A stretch of 63,790 nt of DNA, the filler included, from Octopus bimaculoides (lineage: Eukaryota): assembly GCF_001194135.2 (NCBI RefSeq). It is 9 parts of 7 records of this genome, joined end to end, with 100 filler letters (N's around TTAATTAATTAA, not from the genome) between each part and the next. Parts side by side here need not be neighbours in the genome. Positions count along the whole stretch, not along the records: positions 50,561 to 58,553 come from NC_068996.1; positions 58,654 to 60,046 come from NC_068986.1; positions 60,147 to 62,686 come from NC_069003.1; positions 62,787 to 63,790 come from NW_026305442.1; 5 more parts are not named here. One strand, given 5' to 3'. A program made the position numbers and the translations under genes. How positions within the stretch are numbered: position 1 is the first letter of the stretch; every line of letters starts with the position of its first letter. Below, in pieces: positions 52,100-63,790 of this stretch. The notes under the pieces were generated by a model. The model made no database searches. It was not told where the DNA came from and was given only the letters and a program-made list of their open reading frames with translations.

Positions 52100-52742
52100 N
52101 NNNNNNNNNNNNNNNNNNNNNNNNNNNNNNNNNNNNNNNNNNNNNNNNNNNNNNNNNNNNNNNNNNNNNNNNNNNNNNNNNNNNNNNNNNNNNNNNNNNN
52201 NNNNNNNNNNNNNNNNNNNNNNNNNNNNNNNNNNNNNNNNNNNNNNNNNNNNNNNNNNNNNNNNNNNNNNNNNNNNNNNNNNNNNNNNNNNNNNNNNNNN
52301 NNNNNNNNNNNNNNNNNNNNNNNNNNNNNNNNNNNNNNNNNNNNNNNNNNNNNNNNNNNNNNNNNNNNNNNNNNNNNNNNNNNNNNNNNNNNNNNNNNNN
52401 NNNNNNNNNNNNNNNNNNNNNNNNNNNNNNNNNNNNNNNNNNNNNNNNNNNNNNNNNNNNNNNNNNNNNNNNNNNNNNNNNNNNNNNNNNNNNNNNNNNN
52501 NNNNNNNNNNNNNNNNNNNNNNNNNNNNNNNNNNNNNNNNNNNNNNNNNNNNNNNNNNNNNNNNNNNNNNNNNNNNNNNNNNNNNNNNNNNNNNNNNNNN
52601 NNNNNNNNNNNNNNNNNNNNNNNNNNNNNNNNNNNNNNNNNNNNNNNNNNNNNNNNNNNNNNNNNNNNNNNNNNNNNNNNNNNNNNNNNNNNNNNNNNNN
52701 NNNNNNNNNNNNNNNNNNNNNNNNNNNNNNNNNNNNNNNNNN

Positions 52743-52801
<59 letters not shown>

Positions 52802-52900
52802 CACACATATATATATATGCATATATAGACATACATACAGAGAGATGTATGCATGTATGCACGTATGTATGTACGTTCGTATATATCTGTCAGTGTCTGA

Positions 52901-52947
<47 letters not shown>

Positions 52948-53294
52948 CGTGCACAAACATACATATATAGATATTCGTCGTTCTCTGTCCGTATGTATTA
53001 TATGAGTGTGTGTGTGTGTGTGTGTGTGTGTGTTGTGTGTGTAATGTGTTCGTATTATCTTCGATGTATTCATGTAAACAACAGGATTTAATTAATTTTT
53101 TACTCGTAAATACAACAAATTAGAGAAATACGCAAGTGAGATACACAAACGTTTAATTAGTTGATAACGTATCGTTTGTAGGCATGTGTGTGTGTGCGCG
53201 CACAAACACACACACACAAGTGTACTTCAGTATGGGTGTTCAGTTTTGTAAGTGCCCGCGCGCATGCATTGCATGAATCACTGACTGTATGGCG

Positions 53295-53362
<68 letters not shown>

Positions 53363-53523
53363 GTCTGTCCGTGTGTCTGTCTGGCTGTCTGTTAAACCGT
53401 TTATTTAACTGTCCGGAAATCGAACCTGTGATTGTGTTTGATAAGGCATTAAGACAATATCACTCTCCCGAGACACCACAAAATATATATTTGTCTCTCT
53501 GTCTATTGTCTATTTTTCTATCA

Positions 53524-53588
<65 letters not shown>

Positions 53589-53674
53589 CCTATTTATAAG
53601 AACTGAGGTCGATTCATTTAACTAAGGATTCTTCAAGGTAATGTCCCAGCATGGCGGCACTCTAATAGATAGAA

Positions 53675-53709
<35 letters not shown>

Positions 53710-54669
53710 AAGAGAGACAGAGAGAAACAGACAGAGATGCATATCATAATGTGTATGTATATATGTACGTATGTATATAGCAATATGAAATAAGATAAAA
53801 TCTGTGTATGTATAAAACTTGTGTGAGTGTGTATATATATACATATAATGAATAGATAGGTAGGGTTTATTGGTTTCCAACTTTAGCACAAGGCCAGCAA
53901 TTTCAAAGGGAGGTGCGAGTCGATTCCATAACCCCAGTACTAAACTAGGACTTACTTTATCCACCCCGAAAGAATTAAAGTCAAAGTTGGCCCCGGTTAT
54001 CCCTCCACCGGCAGGCAGTACTACAGAAAGACAATATATTATGCTTAAGATTGGGACACCGCCTTGAAGAATTTCAGTTGATCGAATCCACCCCAGTAAT
54101 ATTCTCTTTTTTTTTTAGTCAATGTACCTTATTATTCTATCAAGTTTATTTGATGAGCCGCTGCGTCACTGAGACGTATATCCACCAACACCCGTGATGG
54201 AAAACAAACGCAGATATAACGACACACACACACACACATATATATTCTCTTTTAGTTCTTTCAGTCATATTTTACTTCTCTCAGTCATGCTGGAGCACCG
54301 CCTTTAGTCGAGCAAATCGACCCCAGGACTTATTCTTTGTAAGCCTAGTACTTATTCTATCGGTCTATTTTGCCGAAACGCTAGGTTACGGGGACGTAAA
54401 CACACCAGCATCAGTTGTCAAGCGATGTTGAGTGGAAAAACACAGACACACAAACATATATACATACATACATACATATATATACATACATATATGCAAC
54501 GGGCTTCTTTCAGTTTCCGTCGGCCTTGGTCGGCCCGAGACTATAGCAGAATACACTTTTGCCCAAGGTGCCCACGCACTGGGACTGAACCTCGAACCAT
54601 GTGGTTGATAAGTAAGCTACTTACCACACAGCCACTCCTACGCCTATTACATAGGATTACATACATATC

Positions 54670-54757
<88 letters not shown>

Positions 54758-55019
54758 NNNNNNNNNNNNNNNNNNNNNNNNNNNNNNNNNNNNNNNNNNN
54801 NNNNNNNNNNNNNNNNNNNNNNNNNNNNNNNNNNNNNNNNNNNNNNNNNNNNNNNNNNNNNNNNNNNNNNNNNNNNNNNNNNNNNNNNNNNNNNNNNNNN
54901 NNNNNNNNNNNNNNNNNNNNNNNNNNNNNNNNNNNNNNNNNNNNNNNNNNNNNNNNNNNNNNNNNNNNNNNNNNNNNNNNNNNNNNNNNNNNNNNNNNNN
55001 NNNNNNNNNNNNNNNNNNN

Positions 55020-55068
<49 letters not shown>

Positions 55069-55385
55069 ATAAATATATACACATATATAATATAATATAT
55101 ATAATATATACATAATATATCATGGTGGTGCACCAGCATGACCGCAACCACTTGGTTGAAACACATAAATAAATAAATAATATATCATATACTATATATA
55201 ATATATATATAATATAATACATATATATGCATATATATTTATACACAAACGACGGGATTCTTTCTGTATCCGTCTACGAAATACACTCACAGGGGTTTGT
55301 GTTATGTCGGAGGATTAGGGTAGACGACACGCCCAACGTGCCACGGAATCATATGGATGGGAACCAAATTGCGACGTGTGTTTGT

Positions 55386-55455
<70 letters not shown>

Positions 55456-55520
55456 TTTGTGTGTGTGTGAGTGTGCAAGCCAGATACCTGGCTACCTCGC
55501 TAGCTAGCTAAATAGATAGG

Positions 55521-55552
<32 letters not shown>

Positions 55553-55555
55553 GAC

Positions 55556-55614
<59 letters not shown>

Positions 55615-56076
55615 GACAGATAGATAGATAGACAGACAGACAGACAAACAGACAGATAGATAGACAGATAGATAGATAGAAAGCGATTAGGTTGATAGGT
55701 AGGTAGGTAGGTAAGTATGTAGGTAGGTAGGTAATATACGAGCGGTCATACACGTAGGCTTAAATATACGGGCAGCAATGTATATAATAATGTTTAATGC
55801 ATTTACGCATGCATTTATACTTAAACATATTTCACTATATGGTGAAAATGCTTCACTCAAAAACTGTTTCTAGTTAATATATGCACTAAGAAAATAGTTT
55901 TTAGCTAATATATGCACTCAGAAAATATACAGTAAGCAGAACAATAAATTTATGCGAGACTTTTATAAGTTTCAACACGTAAGATTTTCCGGACGTCGTT
56001 ATGCAACTTCCATCTTACAGAAATTGTTCCACTGTTTGAAACTAGCTTTGAAACTATTCAAACGAAACGTAATATA

Positions 56077-56111
<35 letters not shown>

Positions 56112-56703
56112 GCATAGATTGTTTCAAATATTGATATACGTATAGACAAACACAGATGGAGTGTGTATTTCTTTTTATATATATGTATATGTACAAGATG
56201 AACAAGAGAGAAATTCGAGCGAAACAATATATAACGTACATTGTTTAAAGTATACACATATACATATATAAATCATACAAGAGTATATATATGAACATGA
56301 ATGTGTATCCATTTGTATATTAATAACATGAACACAATGTGGATACATGCAAATGTGTGTATGTATATAAATGTGTGTGTATATACATACCTTATATAAC
56401 AAATACATTTTATGTACAAAACACACATAACTATCTGAAGTGTATACATGTATATAAACTCTTTACAGTTTCTATCTATATAGAGCAATAACTTCAGCAT
56501 AGATAGAAATGCATTTATGTATCTATATATACACACATACAAACGCGCATACGTATATATATATATATATATTACACACACATATGCATACACGTATATC
56601 TAAAGTACGTAATATATACACACAAACTCGTATACATATATATATATATATACGTATACACATAATATATATATATATACCACGTATATATAANNNNNNN
56701 NNN

Positions 56704-56736
<33 letters not shown>

Positions 56737-56999
56737 CGTATACACATAATATATATATATATACCACGTATATATAATATATACACGTATATATATATAA
56801 TATACATACAGGTATATATATAAAATATACACATACACGTATATATATATATATATATATACACGTATTTTAATGATATATATACATAATATACGTATAT
56901 ATATTATAAGTACAAATACAGACGCACATATATATGTTATATATATATTTATATATGTCGATATATATATATATATATATATATGCATACATATGCATA

Positions 57000-57039
<40 letters not shown>

Positions 57040-57318
57040 NNNNNNNNNNNNNNNNNNNNNNNNNNNNNNNNNNNNNNNNNNNNNNNNNNNNNNNNNNNNN
57101 NNNNNNNNNNNNNNNNNNNNNNNNNNNNNNNNNNNNNNNNNNNNNNNNNNNNNNNNNNNNNNNNNNNNNNNNNNNNNNNNNNNNNNNNNNNNNNNNNNNN
57201 NNNNNNNNNNNNNNNNNNNNNNNNNNNNNNNNNNNNNNNNNNNNNNNNNNNNNNNNNNNNNNNNNNNNNNNNNNNNNNNNNNNNNNNNNNNNNNNNNNNN
57301 NNNNNNNNNNNNNNNNNN

Positions 57319-57360
<42 letters not shown>
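51945..57360. repeat. Dense (TA)n/(CA)n/(GA)n/(GATA)n/(GACA)n microsatellite field with several gaps
   Basis: Directly visible; source of most YI, CV and HT ORFs. Confidence 0.95.
54245..54640 (-). mobile_element. Family A SINE
   Basis: Tail gcaccgcctttagtcgagcaaatcgacccc through head; further fragments at 51290-51885 and 55245-55375. Confidence 0.85.
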
Positions 57361-57366
<6 letters not shown>

Positions 57367-57511
57367 CATATATGTTTGTTTATGTGTGCAGTTCTACACA
57401 AATCTGATGGGTTACTCTTCTATACTTCGTAGCTTAACTGGTGAAAACGTCGAAGTCACTGACAACACAACAGACAGACAGACAGATAGACAGATAGACA
57501 GATAGACAGAC

Positions 57512-57547
<36 letters not shown>

Positions 57548-58487
57548 GTACTTACAAATAGACGACCATACATACAAGCGTGCAGAAAGCATTGACGCAC
57601 GTAAAAGACTGTCGACGATGGTTTACGAAACTTCGAAGTCACTGTCAATGGCATTCCTGTCGCACAATAATAAAGTTGTACTCAACCATAGTTATAGAGT
57701 AACCGATCAGATTAAGGTAAACTTGCCTTTATAACTGAACATAAAAACAGATTAATGTGTAGGTATACAATACATACATAATATATGTGTATATACATAC
57801 ATGAGTGTGTATATAAATGTGTATGTGTTTGTGTGTGTGTGTGTGGAGAGAGAGAGGGAGAGAGAGGGAGACAAATTTGAAAACGTGTGTGTGTGTGTAT
57901 ATATGTATATGCGTGTTATTTATATAGTTTTAAATTCTTTTTGCTATGTACGTTATAAATATCGAATATTAGATATACACTACCGTCATATTTCTTTCTT
58001 ATAGGGTACATTTAGAGAGACATACGGTGCTTGGTTCAGGCCTCTTCTTTTATGCGTTCCAATCCCGGCCAACACAATCGACTTCGCCTCTCATCCTTTT
58101 CAAGTAAGATCGAGCAAGGTATGTCGGCCGAGAAATTGACGAACGACGACAAACGTAATTTGTAAACGTGTGCGCATGTAACACGTTCTTGGTACGCACA
58201 CACAAACACACAGAGGAGCCACGGGAAAAAAAAAACAACAAAACCCGTATCAGCACACACGCATAAGGAGGGGGGAGCTCACTAAAAAAAAGGGACAAGA
58301 TCGCATTCATAGGGACTTTTCTTAATTCTTACAAACACCCACACACACATGCGCGCACACACACACGCGTTGTATAAAGGCGTGTGTGTGTGTGTGAGAG
58401 AGAGAGAGTGTGCGCGCGTGTGTGTGTGTGTGTGCGTACAGTATAGGAAAGGAGACAGCGAAACAGAGGAAACAAATAGGCAGACAG

Positions 58488-58521
<34 letters not shown>

Positions 58522-58522
58522 G

Positions 58523-58553
<31 letters not shown>

Positions 58554-58779
58554 NNNNNNNNNNNNNNNNNNNNNNNNNNNNNNNNNNNNNNNNNNNNTTA
58601 ATTAATTAANNNNNNNNNNNNNNNNNNNNNNNNNNNNNNNNNNNNNNNNNNNNATATATATATTTATATATATTTTATTAAAAAAATTTTAAAGATTTAT
58701 CCGGTTTCATAGGTTTCTCCGATTTTCAAAAGTCATAAATATAAAATTTATAAAATTTATATGAAGATGATCATTAAAA

Positions 58780-58799
58780 TGATGATGATGATGATGATT

Positions 58800-58867
<68 letters not shown>

Positions 58868-58868
58868 A
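58780..58868. repeat. (GAT)n microsatellite
   Basis: Directly visible. Confidence 0.95.
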
Positions 58869-59059
58869 TCATTTGCCCCGAGGGAGAGTTTTCATAAAAT
58901 CAGGGGATGAGGAAAAAAAAGAAAAACGAAAAAGTAATCGGTATGGAAAAATACGATGAAAAGATACATTATAAATATATCATATGCATACACGGATAAT
59001 ACAGTCCCTCTAATACGTGAGAACTTCCAACTAAGAGCATCAAGTTTCCCCCTATATCT

Positions 59060-59450
59060 AAAATCATTCATTCTAACCATTTACACTTGTTGACAAAAGC
59101 ACTGGAGGAGAGAACTTTCTTCTCTACTCTAATTTTCTCTTCGAAGTGGAACTTGAAAACCTCGGTTAGGGCTTTTCCGAAGAGTCGAGCGTCTGGCCTC
59201 AATCTTTTCAGTCTCATTCTTCACAGAACAGTTTGCAGTATTGCTAGTGCATATCAGACACTCATGGTTAGTAGCATTTCCATGACCACAAGGTTTATTT
59301 GGAGTCGCTAGCATCTCTCAGTAGCGTTGCCTGGCTAAAGATATCTGTAAGTTATCCATAGCAGTTCTTAGACAGAAAATTTCTCCAGAACCAGCTACTG
59401 CATCCACTTCGACATTTAGAGGTTCCCCCAAGGGCATCGTCAATCGTTAC
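59060..59450 (-). mobile_element. Old Tx1/L1-like ORF2 C-terminal remnant
   Basis: L*RMRLKRLRPDARLFGKALTEVFKFHFEEKIRVEKKVLSSSAFVNKCKW resembles L1-clade C-termini; several stops. Confidence 0.4.
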
Positions 59451-59866
59451 CTATCACTAGTCTTCAGTATATCTTTAAAGTAGTGTTTATTTATTTATTA
59501 GCTGTGAAGCTGCATCCACCCGCTCAAGGAGAAACCACTTCTAGCCACCTTCGATAGGTAGTCTCAGCACTACATTTTTCAGTTGCAGTTGAAGCCGGAG
59601 TTTTAGTGGTAAACCCAAATGAGTATTCATAGAAATACCTATTTCATAACGTTAGTCGTCAAAAACACCTTCAATATATTCTCTGCATACGTACATACAT
59701 ACCCACCTACATACTTACCTACCCACATACACACAAATGGCCGTGATATTTGGAATATTCAGGATGAACACTTACCCAAGTGACGATGAAAATTTCCCTT
59801 TCTTTACAACCTTGCCACTGGGAAGGCAGCCAGTCAAAAATAAAATGAAAATCAAAAGAATTAACA

Positions 59867-59929
<63 letters not shown>

Positions 59930-59932
<3 letters not shown>

Positions 59933-60046
59933 ATCGATGAACAGGGATGTAGTTTGCTCGAACCCGAAAGGATGTGTGGGGCCTTTCAACAGCACTTTGC
60001 TCGACTGTTCGGTGCGAGCGGTGGGTCGGAACGCAGGATGGACTTC
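59930..60046 (+). mobile_element. Young Tx1/L1-like ORF2 fragment beginning at a (CTAT)n array, cut by a gap
   Basis: LIDEQGCSLLEPERMCGAFQQHFARLFG resembles the EN-RT linker; open frame with CpGs intact. Confidence 0.55.
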
Positions 60047-60146
60047 NNNNNNNNNNNNNNNNNNNNNNNNNNNNNNNNNNNNNNNNNNNNTTAATTAATT
60101 AANNNNNNNNNNNNNNNNNNNNNNNNNNNNNNNNNNNNNNNNNNNN

Positions 60147-60365
60147 AACCGTTAGCACGCCGGACAAAATGCTTAGCGGCATTTCGTCCGCCTGTACGTT
60201 CTGAGTTCAAATTCCGCCGGGGTCGACTTCACATTTTATATTTTCAGGATCGATAAAATAAGTACCAGTTATACACTAGGGAGGTCAATGTAATAGACTT
60301 AATCCCTCTGTCTGCCCTTGTTTGACCCCTCTACGTTTAGCCCCTTGTGAGCAATAAAGAAATAT
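60147..60365 (+). mobile_element. Family B SINE
   Basis: gacaaaatgcttagcggcatttcgtcc...gagttcaaattccgccggggtcgactt. Confidence 0.8.
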
Positions 60366-60757
60366 GACCTCCAGTCTTTTAAGCCTAATGTACATCATCT
60401 ATTGACTTCTGTCCAGTGTAGTGGTTCTCAACGGGGGGTGGTGTTGGTGTTGGTAGTGGTGTTGGTGGTGGTGGTAATACTGATGGCGGTGGTAGTTTTT
60501 TGGTAGAAAGATGGGTGTAATATGGTATATTTTAACCACATACTTCTCTTTACGTTCTGAGGTCAAATACAGACGCGGTCGACTTTCATTTTCGTCCTCT
60601 CAGAGTCGATCAGACAGATATCTATCAATTACTCTTAATTAACAGTAAATCAACTAGTTAATTACTGGCTAATTAAAACTTAATTATTGGTAGTCACACA
60701 AAATTTACAAATCCATATTTCTAACGTGTCCCAGATAATTTAAGATAAGCAAACGCA

Positions 60758-61201
60758 TTTTTGGCACTCGACCAGCAATTTTGAAGGATGAGGCTAGTCA
60801 ATTAATTCGACGCCGGTGCCCAACTGGTATGTATTTTAGCGACCCCGAAAGGATGAAAGGCAAAGTCGACCACGGCGGAATTTGAACTCAGAACGTAAAG
60901 ACAGACGAAATAGCGCTAAGCATTTTGCTCGGCGTGCTAACGATTCTGCCAGATCGCTGCCTTTAAAGTAAGCGAATACGGGTTCCTAATTTTGGTACAA
61001 AGCCAACAATTTCAGGGGGCGAGGTAAGACGATTACTTCGACACCAGAGCTCAGCAGGAAGTTATTTTATCGATCCCGAAAGATAAAAATGGTACAGTCG
61101 ACCTTAGCGGAATTTGAACTCAGAACGTAAAAAGCGTACGAGTTCCCCGCTAACCTTTTCTGTCGTGGGCGTGCTAACGATTCTGCAAGCACGCTGTCTT
61201 T
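60758..61201 (-). mobile_element. Two tandem family B SINEs (60758-60963 and 60985-61201)
   Basis: Both contain gtcgacc..(g)gcggaatttgaactcagaacgtaaa. Confidence 0.8.
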
Positions 61202-61521
61202 AAGCAAGCGAATATTTATTCTCCTTAAGCATTAATTAGAAATAACAAGTGGAGCTGCTCCCAGTCTGTTAATCTCAGTTAAGCCACGTGTTATGAAAGA
61301 AGTCTGCTAGAATGTGAAGACAATGTTGCGAATGACCCGACATGAACCATCCCTCAACACTCCCGAATAACAACCGGCATTCTAATGAATAACACACACG
61401 TGAGCGAGGACACACGTACGCACACATGCGAACGCTTGTATGAAAGTATGTACGCATGTATATAAATATATACATATATATATATACATATATATATATA
61501 CCCCTGATGTTCTAATGAATA

Positions 61522-61573
<52 letters not shown>

Positions 61574-61689
61574 AATGAGGATATGCATATATACGTACAT
61601 GTATCTACCTGTATATATAGATGCATATATGGGTACAGGACACTGCAAACAAAATGATAAACGAGTACAGAAAACACACAGGCCACATA

Positions 61690-62070
61690 GAGAACATCTC
61701 CTTCATCAGCTGCCCCCATTTTAACACAGGCGTTTCGAAGAGTTAGGGCATATATAGATATGGAAAAAAGACAAAGTAGAAAATGCTAAAATACTTTTAT
61801 AAAGAACATTACAGAACCGGTTTCGATCCTTGACATCTTTTCAACAGTAGATATGAATAATAAACTTTTGAAAAATTAAATTTTGGTAAATTTAAAAGAA
61901 CAGTCTTTTTAAAGACATATTTGTATAGTATTCAAATAACGTAGATGGTAGTTCCTGGTGGTGAGAGTATCCTTTAGCTCATGTAGTCGAGTGTCCCTGG
62001 TGGTTGCATTAGAAACTATAGTACATATCCTTTTTGTTAGGTTGAAGGGGATGTTCATAATTCTCCCCCC
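61690..62070 (-). mobile_element. Penelope-like element remnant with terminal hammerhead-like motifs
   Basis: NIPFNLTKRICTIVSNATTRDTRLHELKDTLTTRNY (PLE RT thumb-like), then CTGTTGA...GATC-GAAACCGGTT (61815-61847) and CTGATGA/GAAAC (61703-61737). Confidence 0.6.
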
Positions 62071-62138
62071 CCCCATAAATATAGATAGATAGATATAAAT
62101 ACATACACACACACACATATATATATACNNNNNNNNNN

Positions 62139-62181
<43 letters not shown>

Positions 62182-63211
62182 TATACGCATACACATACAT
62201 ATATACACACACACATATAAACATGTATACACGCACATGTACAGATATATATATAGAATATTGAGAGAGAGAGAGAGAGAAAAATACCATTTACATATGT
62301 GTGTAACTGTGCATGTGTCTGTGTGTATATGTATGTGTGAGTGTGTGTATGTATGTATGTATGTGTGTATGTATGTGTGTGTGTATGCATGTATGTGTGT
62401 ATGTATGTACACAACGTCCATATTTTTTAGCATAAAAAATTAGAGGTATTTTACGTGGGGGCGGATACCACCCAGAGGTAAGTTAGATAAGCAAAGGTCG
62501 TGTTCAAAAGGATGGGTAAGACAAGAGGAGGCGGGCAGATAGTGACTGGGGGTATATATTACAGCCCCCCCCCCAAAAAAAAAGGGGGTTGGGCATCTGT
62601 ATTCTAAGAATTGGCAATACATACGAGACATTAAGAAAATAACTTTTTTTCAATCAAGGTTGTGTTCGACATTGATGTAGGAGTTTNNNNNNNNNNNNNN
62701 NNNNNNNNNNNNNNNNNNNNNNNNNNNNNNTTAATTAATTAANNNNNNNNNNNNNNNNNNNNNNNNNNNNNNNNNNNNNNNNNNNNTATATATATATATA
62801 TATATATGCATATATATATGTAGACACACATATATAGGTATGTATGTATACACTTACATATGTGTATATATGTGCGCATATAGAAATGTATCCGTAGATA
62901 GATGCAACGATTGATGGACAGATATATTAAAATTTATATCAGCAAAAGAGGTGTATGTATATATATATGTGTTTGTGTGTATGTGTGTGTGTATGTATGT
63001 ATGCATATGAATATAAAAGCATTCACTTGTAAATATGTAGACATAAACACACACACACACACGCAGACACACACACACACACACACACATATATAAATAG
63101 ATAGATAAATACGTTGATAGGTATAGAGATGTATGCATATATATGTATGAGTGTGTGTAAATTTATAAAGTTGCCTGCATATGAATATATGTTATAAAAA
63201 TATATATGAAG

Positions 63212-63289
<78 letters not shown>

Positions 63290-63790
63290 TTAGGTATATA
63301 TATATATATATTGTATATACAAAATACATACTCATTTTGTATTTATATACATTTATGCTTAAATATATAGGAGTGTATCTTCATGTGCTTTCGTCTGTGT
63401 GTATGTCTGCGTAGAAATGAACTTTTAAAAATGTAATATATGGGAAGCCCTTTTCGTAGAATTTTAAGCTAATTGTGTAGAACATCTACAAAGAGAATGT
63501 TGCAAAGTGACTCAAGCTGAAATGATTAAGAAACGGTAAGGAATTTTTGGCAAGATTTCGATGTACCAAAATGAAAGAGGAATAAGCAGAAATATATATT
63601 AGAAAAAAACTATAAAAAAAAAACAAAAAATGTCAAAACTAAATTCTCTGACAAGTTTAAAGTATTGAATATAGCGCAGAGATACATATATACATGCACA
63701 TATATATATACGGATATGTATATGTATATTTATATACAACAACAATATACATATATATAAGGAGATGTATTTCAAAGGTGTATGTATGTA

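Noticed and set aside
56640-56785. Near-identical ~48-nt blocks either side of a 10-N gap
   Set aside because: Most likely an unmerged contig overlap.
58060-58130. CpG-rich patch with AAG|GTATGT donor
   Set aside because: The upstream sequence is a decayed family B SINE core (tcgacttcgcctctcatcc).
62445-62686. Possible further Penelope RT remnant (YINVEHNL)
   Set aside because: Similarity is too weak to support by eye.
1-63790. CRISPR arrays, rRNA or intact tRNA genes, prokaryote-style systems
   Set aside because: No repeat-spacer arrays or rRNA-like sequence; tRNA-like boxes occur only as SINE heads; the sequence is clearly eukaryotic.

Overview
Eukaryotic, AT-rich, gap-ridden genomic DNA packed with (TA)n, (CA)n, (GATA)n and trinucleotide microsatellites, tRNA-derived SINEs and decayed transposons. 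The repeat landscape looks like an octopus (coleoid cephalopod) draft scaffold; this is my inference and was not confirmed by a search. I find no protein-coding host gene that I can name, and almost all listed ORFs are microsatellite read-through, gap-spanning or TE fragments. Recognisable elements are a full-length dead mariner (10870-12147), a Tc1-like element with TIRs and TA TSDs (29109-30280), DD37D/maT pieces, and a decayed Mag-type Gypsy LTR element (32865-36806) carrying a nested MITE. There are also two RTE LINE families plus R4/Dong-like, HERO-like, Tx1/L1-like, CR1-group and Penelope fragments, and several SINE families. The most notable observations are as follows. (1) A young 8-bp-TSD MITE carries a perfect 50-bp palindrome of telomeric repeats. 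(2) A perfect 43-bp fold-back hairpin is built from a SINE head. (3) A CpG-retaining promoter-like patch with a consensus splice donor lies just upstream of about 16 kb of mostly antisense TE relics (piRNA-cluster or host-intron hypothesis). (4) DNA switches from CpG-depleted to CpG-retaining near 41 kb. (5) Penelope ends carry hammerhead-like cores. (6) Several non-LTR clades abut specific microsatellites. (7) There are a few unverified exon candidates. All functional interpretations are hypotheses.
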